NCBI GenBank assembly: GCA_003220335.1
Contig: QHSB01000085.1
Coordinates: forward strand, 1 to 54,803
Length of the DNA: 54,803 nt
From: Candidatus Rokuibacteriota bacterium
Lineage (GTDB): Bacteria > Methylomirabilota > Methylomirabilia > Rokubacteriales > CSP1-6
Direction of reading: 5' to 3'
Of the stretch, positions 29,419-37,441 are shown one piece after another. The notes under the pieces are model-generated. The model was given only the letters and a program-made list of their open reading frames with translations, was not told the origin of the DNA and ran no database searches. The position numbers and the translations under genes are program-made. Each line of letters starts with the position of its first letter. Within the stretch, counting starts at the first letter, position 1.

Positions 29419-30285
29419 CTAGAAGTCGAGGCCCTTCAGATAGGCGCGGAACGCGTCCGCCAGGTCCGGCCGCGCGAGGGCGAACTCCACGGTGGCCTTG
29501 AGGAAGCCGAGCTTGTCGCCCGTGTCGTAGCGCTTGCCGACGAATTCCACCGCGTACATCGGCCGGCGCTTGCGCAGCGTGCGCAGGCCGTCGGTCAGCT
29601 GGATCTCGCCGCGCTTGTCGGCCGCCGTCTTCGCGAGGATCTCGAACAGGTCCGGCGTCAGCACGTAGCGGCCGATGATGGCGAGGTCGGAGGGCGCGTC
29701 CTCGGCGCGCGGCTTCTCGACGAGGTCGTCGATCTGCCAGACGTTGTCGCCGATGTTGCGGCCGGCGATGACGCCGTACTGATGGATGCGCTCGCGCGGC
29801 ACCCGCTCGACGGCGATGACCGGCCCCTCGTGGCGCTCGAAGACGTCGAGCAGCTGGCGCATGCAGGGCGTCGGCGCGCTGCCGATGATGTCGTCGCCGA
29901 GGAACACACCGAACGGCTCCTCCCCGACGAGGGCGCGGGCGCACAGGATGGCGTGGCCCAGGCCCAGCGGCTCCTTCTGCCGCACGTACGAGACGGACGC
30001 CAGCTCGGAGATCGTCTTGATCTGTGCCAGCTCCTCCACCTTGCCGCGATCGTTCAGGTAGTACTCCAGCTCGAAGGCGGCGTCGAAGTGGTCCTCGATC
30101 GCGCGCTTGCCGCGGCCGGTGACGATGATGATCTCCTGCAGCCCCGACGCCACCGCCTCCTCGACGACGTACTGGATGGTCGGCTTGTCGACGAGGGGCA
30201 GCATCTCCTTGGGCTGGGCCTTGGTGGCGGGCAGGAACCGCGTGCCGAGACCGGCCGCGGGGAAGACGCCTTTGCGGACGCGCAT
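29419..30285 (-). CDS. galU: UTP--glucose-1-phosphate uridylyltransferase
   Basis: 288 aa. AAGLGTRFLPATKAQPKEMLPLVDKPTIQY and VEKP. Confidence 0.9.
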   Translation of the reverse strand: MRVRKGVFPAAGLGTRFLPATKAQPKEMLPLVDKPTIQYVVEEAVASGLQEIIIVTGRGKRAIEDHFDAAFELEYYLNDRGKVEELAQIKTISELASVSYVRQKEPLGLGHAILCARALVGEEPFGVFLGDDIIGSAPTPCMRQLLDVFERHEGPVIAVERVPRERIHQYGVIAGRNIGDNVWQIDDLVEKPRAEDAPSDLAIIGRYVLTPDLFEILAKTAADKRGEIQLTDGLRTLRKRRPMYAVEFVGKRYDTGDKLGFLKATVEFALARPDLADAFRAYLKGLDF

Positions 30286-30300
30286 GGATGGCTCCCCCGA

Positions 30301-31068
30301 TCAGACGCCGACCGCGGAGAGATGCTCACGGTCGAACGCCGTTTTGATCCGACGTCGGAGGTCGTTCTCTGCGTCGAGACGGCGGGCGGCATCCACCCGG
30401 ACGGCGAGCCGAAGCACCGCGTCACCCCCGCTGAATCTCATAATACCCTCCACCGCCGGCGCGTCCAGCGCAGCCCCGGTCTCGCGCGCCCATTCCTCGC
30501 CGACCCGGCGCAACACCGCCAGCGCGCGATCGACGTCGACGTCGCGCGGCACGGCGACCTCCACGATGGCGCGCCCCCAGCCCACGCTGAAGTTCGTGAA
30601 CTCCGCCAGGGCGCCGTTGGGCACGATCCGGAGCGAGCCGTCCTGCAGTCGCAGCTTCACCACCCGCAGGCCGATGGACTCCACGGTGCCGGTCGCCGCG
30701 CCGACCTGGATCACGTCGCCCACGGCCACCAGGCCCTCGAAGAGCAGGAAGATGCCGGTGAGGAGGTCGCGGATGAGCGCCTGGGCGCCGAGCCCGATGA
30801 CGAGGCCGAGCACGCCCGCGGAGACGACGACCGCCTGCACGTCCACGCCCACCTCGCCCAGAACGAGCACCAGCACGACGAACGCCAGCACCCAGCGCAC
30901 GACGCTCGTGAGCAGCGAGCCGAGCGTGCGCGAGCGCGCGGTGTCGAGATGGTGGGCGGCCACGCGCTGCACGAGGCGGTTGATCAGCCGCAGCACGATC
31001 TGGTAGCCGATCAGCAGCAGCGCGATCGTGAGCCCGAGCCAGAGCACGTGCGTGACCGCGGGGTTCAC
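30301..31068 (-). CDS. Mechanosensitive ion channel (MscS) family protein
   Basis: Trimmed to GTG 31068 (GTGA overlap). Three N-terminal TM helices, then GDVIQVGAATGTVESIGLRVVKLRLQDGSLRIVPNG, the MscS beta-domain pattern. Confidence 0.8.
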   Translation of the reverse strand: MNPAVTHVLWLGLTIALLLIGYQIVLRLINRLVQRVAAHHLDTARSRTLGSLLTSVVRWVLAFVVLVLVLGEVGVDVQAVVVSAGVLGLVIGLGAQALIRDLLTGIFLLFEGLVAVGDVIQVGAATGTVESIGLRVVKLRLQDGSLRIVPNGALAEFTNFSVGWGRAIVEVAVPRDVDVDRALAVLRRVGEEWARETGAALDAPAVEGIMRFSGGDAVLRLAVRVDAARRLDAENDLRRRIKTAFDREHLSAVGV

Positions 31069-32213
31069 CGGCCCCGCCCCCGCGCCACGCCCTCGAGCAC
31101 CGCGATGATCGCCAGCACGCAGCCGGCCTGGATGAGGACGATCACGGCCTCGTGCTTGGTCGCGTCCTTGAGCAGCATGGCCGACAGGCCGAGCGTGGCC
31201 GCGATGAAGAGGATCAGCAGCACCGTCTCCGTCCGCGTCAGGCCGAGGGCCTCGAAGCGGTGATGGATGTGGTCCTTGCCCGTGTAGGCGAGCCACTCGC
31301 CGAACGAGTGCACCTTGCCGGTGGCGACGCGCACCGTCCCGACGAACGCGATGTCGAAGAGCGGCACCGCGAGGATCAGCACCGGCGTGAGCAGGCCGAT
31401 GAAGTCGTTTTCCGCCCAGTTGCCCATGACGGCGAGGCCGGCCAGCGTGAAGCCGATGAAGGAGGCGCCGGCGTCGCCGAGGAAGATCGTGGCCGGACGC
31501 CCGAAGCGGAAGTTGTAGGGCAGGAACCCGAGGCACGCGCCCACCAGCGGCGCGGCGAGGAACATCAGGTAGGGCTGGTTGGTCTGCAGCGCGGCGAGGC
31601 TGAAGAAGAGCGCGGCGACGGCGCCCAGGCCCGCGGCCAGGCCGTCCATGCCGTCGAGGAACTGCAGCGCGTTGGTGACCGTCACGAACCAGAGCAGCGT
31701 GAGCAAGACGTTCGCCGCCTGCGAGCCCGGCCAGGCGGCGGGTACCGTGTCGAGCACGACGCCGTACGCCATCGCCACCGCCACCGCCACGATCTGGCCC
31801 GCGAGCTTGAAGCGCGCCGCCACGTCGAAGAGGTCGTCGAGCACGCCGACGCCGACAATGATCGTGGCCCCCAGGGCCACGCCCTTGAGCTGCACCGAGA
31901 AGTTGAAGTTGAACAGCACGGCCGCGGCGAAGGCGGCGTACACGGCGGCGCCGCCGAGCAGCGGCGTGGCCACCGCGTGCACCTTGCGCGCGGCCGGCGT
32001 GTCGAGCACGCCCCACGCGCGCGCGAACGCGCGCACCAGCGGCACCCCGACGAGGGAGAGCGCGAAGGCGAGCGCGACGAGATAGGCCCACCCCAGGCCG
32101 GACGACGCGATGGCGCGGCGCACGGGCGGCAGCATGAGCGCGATGAGGACGACGCCGCGGGCGAGCGTGGCCCCGAGCGCCGCCGGCGTGCTGTCAGGGA
32201 GCGTTTCCGTCAC
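31065..32213 (-). CDS. MraY/WecA-family (GT4 polyprenyl-phosphate HexNAc-1-phosphate) initiating transferase
   Basis: Trimmed to GTG 32213 (an alternative is the internal Met of MLPPVRR). Multi-TM, with VLDDLFDV, NALQFLDGMDGLAAG and IFLGDAGASFIGF. Confidence 0.8.
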   Translation of the reverse strand: MTETLPDSTPAALGATLARGVVLIALMLPPVRRAIASSGLGWAYLVALAFALSLVGVPLVRAFARAWGVLDTPAARKVHAVATPLLGGAAVYAAFAAAVLFNFNFSVQLKGVALGATIIVGVGVLDDLFDVAARFKLAGQIVAVAVAMAYGVVLDTVPAAWPGSQAANVLLTLLWFVTVTNALQFLDGMDGLAAGLGAVAALFFSLAALQTNQPYLMFLAAPLVGACLGFLPYNFRFGRPATIFLGDAGASFIGFTLAGLAVMGNWAENDFIGLLTPVLILAVPLFDIAFVGTVRVATGKVHSFGEWLAYTGKDHIHHRFEALGLTRTETVLLILFIAATLGLSAMLLKDATKHEAVIVLIQAGCVLAIIAVLEGVARGRGR

Positions 32214-32221
32214 GGGCCGGC

Positions 32222-33259
32222 TCAGGTGAGCACCGTCCTGAGCGCCCGCGCGACGTGCTCGGCCTCGTCGTCGGTGAGCGCCGGATAGCACGGGATCGAC
32301 AGCGATTCCGCCCACAGCCGGTCCGCCTCGGGATACCCGCCAAGCCCGAGCGCGCGGTGGGCGGGACGGAACACCGGCCGCCGCGCGGCCACGCCGCGCG
32401 CGGCGAGGGCCTCGGCGACGGCGGCGGGATCGCGATCGAGCCCGAGCACGAAGCGGTGGTAGACGTGACGCGGTCCGTGCTCGGCGGGCAGCCGGGCCGG
32501 CGCGCCCGCGAGAAGGGCGCGGTAGCGCGCCGCGAGCGCACGGCGGCGCGCGACGAATGTGTCGAGCCGCGCGAGCTGGCCGCGCGCCAGCGCGGCGGCC
32601 ATGTCGGTGAGCTTGGCGTTGGTGCGCGGCGCCAGCGTCTCGCGCTCGTCGTAGTCGCGCGCCTCGCGCACGCGCGCGACGAGCGCGGCGACGCCCGCCA
32701 CCGCCCCGCCCTCGCCCGCCGCGATCATCTTCGTGGCGTAGAACGAGCCGACGGCGAGCGTCCCGCCCGAGCCCGCAGGCCGGCCGCCCTCGAGCTCGGC
32801 GCCCAGCGCCTGGGCGCAGTCCTCGATCACCGGCACCTCCAGCGCCTGGAAGGGCTCGAGGTCGGCGGCGAGACCGAAGGCGTGCGGGACGATCACGGCG
32901 CGCGTGCGTCGCGTGCGCCGGGCGAGCGCGTCCTTGGCCGACAGCGAGTGGGTCGCGGGATCGGCGTCCACGAGCACGGGCGTGGCCCCGGCACGGCGCA
33001 CCGCGTGGTGGAGCGCGTCGCACACGTAGGTCGGGATCAGCACCTCGTCGCCGGCGCCGATCCCCAGCGCGCCCAGCGCCAGCTCGAGGGCGACCGTGCC
33101 GGACGCCACCGCGACGGCGTCCTGCACGCCGAGGCGCGCGGCGAGCTCGCGCTCGAACGCGGCCACCTCCGGCCCCTGGGCGAGCCGGCCCGAGCGCACG
33201 ACCCGCGCGACGCGCTCGGCGTCGTCGTCGGTGACCGATGGTTTCGAGTGGGGGATCAA
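32222..33259 (-). CDS. DegT/DnrJ/EryC1/StrS-family sugar aminotransferase
   Basis: Trimmed to TTG 33259 (LIPHSKPSV..., the usual family N-terminus; TTGA overlap with the PIG-L stop). SFYATKMIAAGEGG PLP-lysine region. Confidence 0.8.
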   Translation of the reverse strand: MIPHSKPSVTDDDAERVARVVRSGRLAQGPEVAAFERELAARLGVQDAVAVASGTVALELALGALGIGAGDEVLIPTYVCDALHHAVRRAGATPVLVDADPATHSLSAKDALARRTRRTRAVIVPHAFGLAADLEPFQALEVPVIEDCAQALGAELEGGRPAGSGGTLAVGSFYATKMIAAGEGGAVAGVAALVARVREARDYDERETLAPRTNAKLTDMAAALARGQLARLDTFVARRRALAARYRALLAGAPARLPAEHGPRHVYHRFVLGLDRDPAAVAEALAARGVAARRPVFRPAHRALGLGGYPEADRLWAESLSIPCYPALTDDEAEHVARALRTVLT

Positions 33260-33870
33260 AGGTTCAGCAGCAGCCGAATGCTCTGGAAGGCCTCGGCGTA
33301 CTTCACGCGCGCCTGAATTCCACGAAAGTTCGCGGTCGAGACGGCCAGCTCGAGGATCGACAGGTCCTCGATGTTGGTCTTGGCCACCTGCGAACGGTGC
33401 GCCTCCAGGCACGCGAGCTTCTTGTCCAGCACCTTCTCGATGTCGGTGAAGCAGTTCGGCGTGAAGTTGACGGTGGTCGGCCCCTCGTAGAACAGGAAGT
33501 TCGGGACGTAGCGCGTCGCGGACAGCGTGCCCTGTGCGAGGTTGCGGTGGTCCTGGTGTGTGTCCTCCGGAAAGTTGACGAAGATCATGCGCGGCTCGAT
33601 CTGGCGGATCACGGCCTCGAGGCGGACGATCAGCTCACGGTTGAGCGGGATCTCGGTGTCCTGGTAGTCCCCCCAGAACACTTCACGGGCGCCGATGACC
33701 AGGGCGGAGTCCTGCTGCTCGCGGCGGCGCACGGAGCCATCGCCGCCCAGCGCGCCGTCGGAGGCCACGAACAGGTAGACGACGTGGCCCTTCTCCGCGT
33801 ACTTGGTGAGCATCCCGCCGCAGCCGAACTCGATGTCGTCGGGGTGGGCGCCGATGGCGAGGACGTTCAC
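33256..33870 (-). CDS. PIG-L/LmbE-family N-acetyl-sugar deacetylase
   Basis: 204 aa. VLAIGAHPDDIEFGCGG and HQDH metal-site motifs. Visibly lower GC than its neighbours. Confidence 0.8.
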   Translation of the reverse strand: MNVLAIGAHPDDIEFGCGGMLTKYAEKGHVVYLFVASDGALGGDGSVRRREQQDSALVIGAREVFWGDYQDTEIPLNRELIVRLEAVIRQIEPRMIFVNFPEDTHQDHRNLAQGTLSATRYVPNFLFYEGPTTVNFTPNCFTDIEKVLDKKLACLEAHRSQVAKTNIEDLSILELAVSTANFRGIQARVKYAEAFQSIRLLLNL

Positions 33871-34572
33871 TCAGGGCTCCTCGGTCCAGGCGTCGCCGCG
33901 GCGGAGGATGGCAAGGCTCTCATCGCCGTGCATCAATAATAGATCGAGGCCCGACAAAAACGGCACGAAATCGCCGTGTTGCTGAGCATAGACGGGGTGC
34001 GCGTAGGCCTGGTAGAGCACCCGGATCCCCGCCTCCGTGAAGCGCTTGGCGTCCATATATCTGGCGCCGTGGCCGCCGGCCAGGTACGTGTCGGCGCCCA
34101 CGGCGAGGCAGAGCGCGACCAGCCGCCCGGTCGGGTCGTCGTCGTCCACCGCCAGTGAGGACGCCGGCCGCGACGGGGTCGTCACGCCCGCCGCGCGCGC
34201 GAGCCACTCGGCGCTGGCGGCGGTGAGCGGCGCCAGCCGCTCCCAGGGCCGGGCGTAGAGACGCGCGAGCTCGTCACGCTGCGCTCGCCAGTACGGCGCC
34301 GCGCCGTACGCGGTCTCGATCGCGCGCAGGTGGCGCTTCGCCCAGGGCTGGTCGACGTCGAGGCTCACCTCGGCGACGCGGGTGCCCAGGTGCGCGTGGA
34401 CGGGCACGGTGAGCCAGCGCGCCCCGTCGGCCGTCTTGATGCGGTTGCGGTTCTGCCAGCCGTTCTTCTCGTACTGCACGGTGTCCAGGAACACGAAGAG
34501 GTCGGCCGCCGCCCACTTGGCGAGATAACCCAGCCACGGCAGGTATTGAGGCTGGTGGATCGCGACCCTCAC
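33871..34572 (-). CDS. WbqC-family protein (biochemical function unknown)
   Basis: Trimmed to GTG 34572 (GTGA overlap). VRVAIHQPQYLPWLGYLAKW...FVFLDTVQYEKNGWQNRNRIK matches the WbqC-like N-terminal pattern. Confidence 0.75.
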   Translation of the reverse strand: MRVAIHQPQYLPWLGYLAKWAAADLFVFLDTVQYEKNGWQNRNRIKTADGARWLTVPVHAHLGTRVAEVSLDVDQPWAKRHLRAIETAYGAAPYWRAQRDELARLYARPWERLAPLTAASAEWLARAAGVTTPSRPASSLAVDDDDPTGRLVALCLAVGADTYLAGGHGARYMDAKRFTEAGIRVLYQAYAHPVYAQQHGDFVPFLSGLDLLLMHGDESLAILRRGDAWTEEP

Positions 34573-36056
34573 TGCGCCCTCACGAAGATCGGGTTGGAGA
34601 GCAGGCGCGCGCCGCCGCCGCGCGCCTCGAGACGAAAGACGACGGGCCGCCCGTCCCACGCCTCACGGTGCGTCGCGCGGAACGGCGTGGAGCCGTTCCA
34701 GGCCGCGATCACCGAGCCATTGCGGACGAGCGTCACGCGCACGTCGGCGGCCCGCGGCTCGACGGTCTCGACGGCCGCCGTCACCTCGAGCGCCGCGCCG
34801 GGCGCGGCCCGCAGCGTCTCGCCGGAGATCGCGGTGGCGCCGCCGGCGGCGGCGACGAATTCCGCCAGCGCCAGGCCGGTGTCGCGCCCGCGCTGCAGCG
34901 CGTACATCCGCCCGGCGCGCAGCGCCTCCAGCACGCCCGCCTCGGTCCGCTCGCGGACGAGGAAGACCGTCTGAATCGGCCCCACGCTCTTGCCCGCGCT
35001 GTGCTCGTGGAAGGCCGCCTCGGCCAGCGCCCACGGCACCCGCGTGCGCTCACCGGTCGCGTACTCGCCGAGCACTCGGTCCCAGCCCTCGCCCGGTCGC
35101 TCGACGCGAGTCGTTTCCTCGTACACCGCACCGAACGCCGTGTAGCCGAACGTCTTCAGCAGGTCGTCGGGGTACGGCTCGGTCCCCCAGCTCACCCGCA
35201 CGGGCCCGACGGCCCGCTCCCCGGCGTCGGCGGCCTCCAGGAGCGACCACACGCTGACGCCGCCGCGACGCTCGACGTAATCGATGAGGTCCTGGAATGG
35301 CGCGCTGCCCGCCTCGGTCCAGGGGGGATAGACGGGCTGCGTGAACGGCCACGCCCGCGCGAGCGTGATCACGCCGAGCGCGACGAGGATCAGCCCGGGC
35401 AGCCACGCCCGGCGTCGCACGATCACGACCGCGCGTCCGAGCGGGCGCCGCCGCGTGCGCGGGCGCGCCAGCAGCACCACGCCGGGCACGATGAGGAGGC
35501 CGGGCAGGACGTCGAGCACGGACTGGAGCCCAAAGACTCCCGCGGAGGTGTTGCCGACGACGGGCAGGCCCTCGAGCGCCGCGCGGTCGAGCCCCCAGAC
35601 GAGCAGGTTTTTCTGCGTCCCGTGCACCGCCATCGCCAGCGAGAACGGCGAGCCAGTCCAGAAATAGTGGGGCATGACCTCCACGCCGGGCAGGATCAGC
35701 ACGCGCGGACGCGCGGCGCGCGCCTGCGCCACGCGCGCGAAGTACTCGCCGAGGCGGCCGTGGACGGAGCGCGATTCCTCGCTCACGCGCGTCAGGGCGC
35801 GGAACGGCGGCAGGCTGTACTCCACGCGGTTGAGATAGTTCTCCGACAGCAGCACCGCACCGAGCCCACGGCGCTCGGCCATGTCGGTCAGCTCCTCGAG
35901 CGGGAACTCGCCGCTCGAGAGGTCGGAGTGCACGTGGACGATCGCGGCCAGCCGCTCGTACGACTGCGCGGCGTGCGCCGCCCCGGCGCCGAGCGTCACC
36001 GCCAGCCACGCGGCCAGCAGCGCGACCCGGCACGCGGCGCGCGCGGGAGGCCTCAC
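34569..36056 (-). CDS. Membrane-associated protein with N-terminal PHP-like metal-dependent phosphoesterase motif
   Basis: Trimmed to GTG 36056 (GTGA overlap). Signal/anchor sequence RVALLAAWLAVTLGAGAAHA, then AIVHVHSDLSSGEFPLEELTDMAERRGLGAVLLSENY (PHP-like HxH...D). A central pair of hydrophobic helices (LPGLLIVPGVVLLA, LPGLILVALGVITLA) follows. The C-terminal domain is unrecognised. The CDS is solid; the function call is weak. Confidence 0.5.
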   Translation of the reverse strand: MRPPARAACRVALLAAWLAVTLGAGAAHAAQSYERLAAIVHVHSDLSSGEFPLEELTDMAERRGLGAVLLSENYLNRVEYSLPPFRALTRVSEESRSVHGRLGEYFARVAQARAARPRVLILPGVEVMPHYFWTGSPFSLAMAVHGTQKNLLVWGLDRAALEGLPVVGNTSAGVFGLQSVLDVLPGLLIVPGVVLLARPRTRRRPLGRAVVIVRRRAWLPGLILVALGVITLARAWPFTQPVYPPWTEAGSAPFQDLIDYVERRGGVSVWSLLEAADAGERAVGPVRVSWGTEPYPDDLLKTFGYTAFGAVYEETTRVERPGEGWDRVLGEYATGERTRVPWALAEAAFHEHSAGKSVGPIQTVFLVRERTEAGVLEALRAGRMYALQRGRDTGLALAEFVAAAGGATAISGETLRAAPGAALEVTAAVETVEPRAADVRVTLVRNGSVIAAWNGSTPFRATHREAWDGRPVVFRLEARGGGARLLSNPIFVRAQ

Positions 36057-37441
36057 GCCAGCCCCTTCTCGCGCGCCAGCTCGTCGTAGATCGCGCGCAT
36101 CGCGGCGTGGGCGACGCCGGTCGAGAACGCCTCGGCGCGCGCCGCGCCGGCGGCGCCGAGCTTCACGCGCAGCGCCTCGTCGCGCCCCAGCTCGATCAGC
36201 GCCGACGCCAGCGCGTCGACCTCGCCAGGCGGCACGAGCCATCCCGTCTCGCCGTCGGCAACGACCGCGGGGATGCCGCCGACCTCGCTTGCCACCACGG
36301 GCAGGCCGAGCGCCATCGCCTCCACGAGCGCCCGGCCCATGCCCTCGTTGCGCGAGGGCGCCGCCAGCGCGTCGGCGGCGGCGAGGCCGACGGCGATGTC
36401 CGGCATGGCGCCGGTAACGAGCAGGCGTCCGCGCACGCCGAGGGTCACCGCCTGGGCCTCCAGCGCCCTGCGCTCGGGCCCGTCGCCGACCAGCACGAGG
36501 CGGGCCGACGGCACCGCCGCGACCAGCGACGGCAGCGCCGCCACCAGCAGGTCGAAGCCCTTGACCGGCACGAAGCGCCCGAGACCGGCCACGACAAACG
36601 CGTCGGCGGGCAAGCCAAGCCGGGCGCGGGCGGTGGCGCGCGCCGGCGCCCGCGCGCGTAACTCGGCCGTCGGCACGCCGCTCGGCACCGCGCGGTACTG
36701 GGCGCGATGCCCGATGCCGCGCGCGAGGTGCTCGTCGATCCCGCGCTCGGTGAGGGTCACGATGCGATCGGTCCAGCGCGCGGCGAGACGCTCGAGCGCC
36801 ACGTAGAAGGCCGTGCGGCGGGCGCCGTAGTAGCCGTAGAAGATGTGGCCGTGCGGCTGGTGGATGATGGCCGGCACCCCGGCCAGCCGCGCCGCCAGCC
36901 GCCCGACGAAGCCCGCCTTGGACGTGTGGGTGTGGACGATCGCCGGCCGCCGCGCGCGTATCACGCGCCAGAGGTGGACGAGCGCGGACACGTCGCGCGC
37001 CCCGACCTCGCGGCCGAGCGTGGGCACGTCGAGCAGCGACACGCCGCGGCGGCGGGCGTCATCGTAGCCGTAGAAGATGTGGCCGTGCGGCTGGTGGATG
37101 ATGGCCGGCACCCCGGCCAGCCGCGCCGCCAGCCGCCCGACGAAGCCCGCCTTGGACGTGTGGGTGTGGACGATCGCCGGCCGCCGCGCGCGTATCACGC
37201 GCCAGAGGTGGACGAGCGCGGACACGTCGCGCGCCCCGACCTCGCGGCCGAGCGTGGGGACGTCGAGCAGCGACACGCCGCGGCGGCGCGCGTCATCCAC
37301 GCTGGCGGCGTCGGACTCGGCCACGCCCACGGCGAGCCAGCCCGGGTAGCCGGCGGCGAGCGCCACCATGCTCGCGACGGTGTTCTCCGCCGACCCCCCG
37401 AGGGTCAGCCGCGTGATGACGTGGAGGGTGGGATGTCTCAT
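36053..37441 (-). CDS. GT4-family (GT-B) glycosyltransferase carrying an internal 78-aa tandem duplication
   Basis: Trimmed to ATG 37441 (MRHPTLHVITRLTLGGSAEN, ATGA overlap). C-terminal E-x7-E region PSRNEGMGRALVEAMALGLPVVAS. The segment DDARRRGVS...HGHIFYGY occurs twice in tandem. Confidence 0.8.
   Translation of the reverse strand: MRHPTLHVITRLTLGGSAENTVASMVALAAGYPGWLAVGVAESDAASVDDARRRGVSLLDVPTLGREVGARDVSALVHLWRVIRARRPAIVHTHTSKAGFVGRLAARLAGVPAIIHQPHGHIFYGYDDARRRGVSLLDVPTLGREVGARDVSALVHLWRVIRARRPAIVHTHTSKAGFVGRLAARLAGVPAIIHQPHGHIFYGYYGARRTAFYVALERLAARWTDRIVTLTERGIDEHLARGIGHRAQYRAVPSGVPTAELRARAPARATARARLGLPADAFVVAGLGRFVPVKGFDLLVAALPSLVAAVPSARLVLVGDGPERRALEAQAVTLGVRGRLLVTGAMPDIAVGLAAADALAAPSRNEGMGRALVEAMALGLPVVASEVGGIPAVVADGETGWLVPPGEVDALASALIELGRDEALRVKLGAAGAARAEAFSTGVAHAAMRAIYDELAREKGLA
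36830..37297. repeat. 234-bp x 2 tandem direct repeat inside the GT4 gene
   Basis: 36830-37063 and 37064-37297 align base for base with two mismatches (37025 c vs 37259 g; 37055 g vs 37289 c). The plus-strand shadow ORFs 36843 and 37077 are identical for 74 aa and offset by 234 nt. The repeat is in frame (78 codons). Confidence 0.95.
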
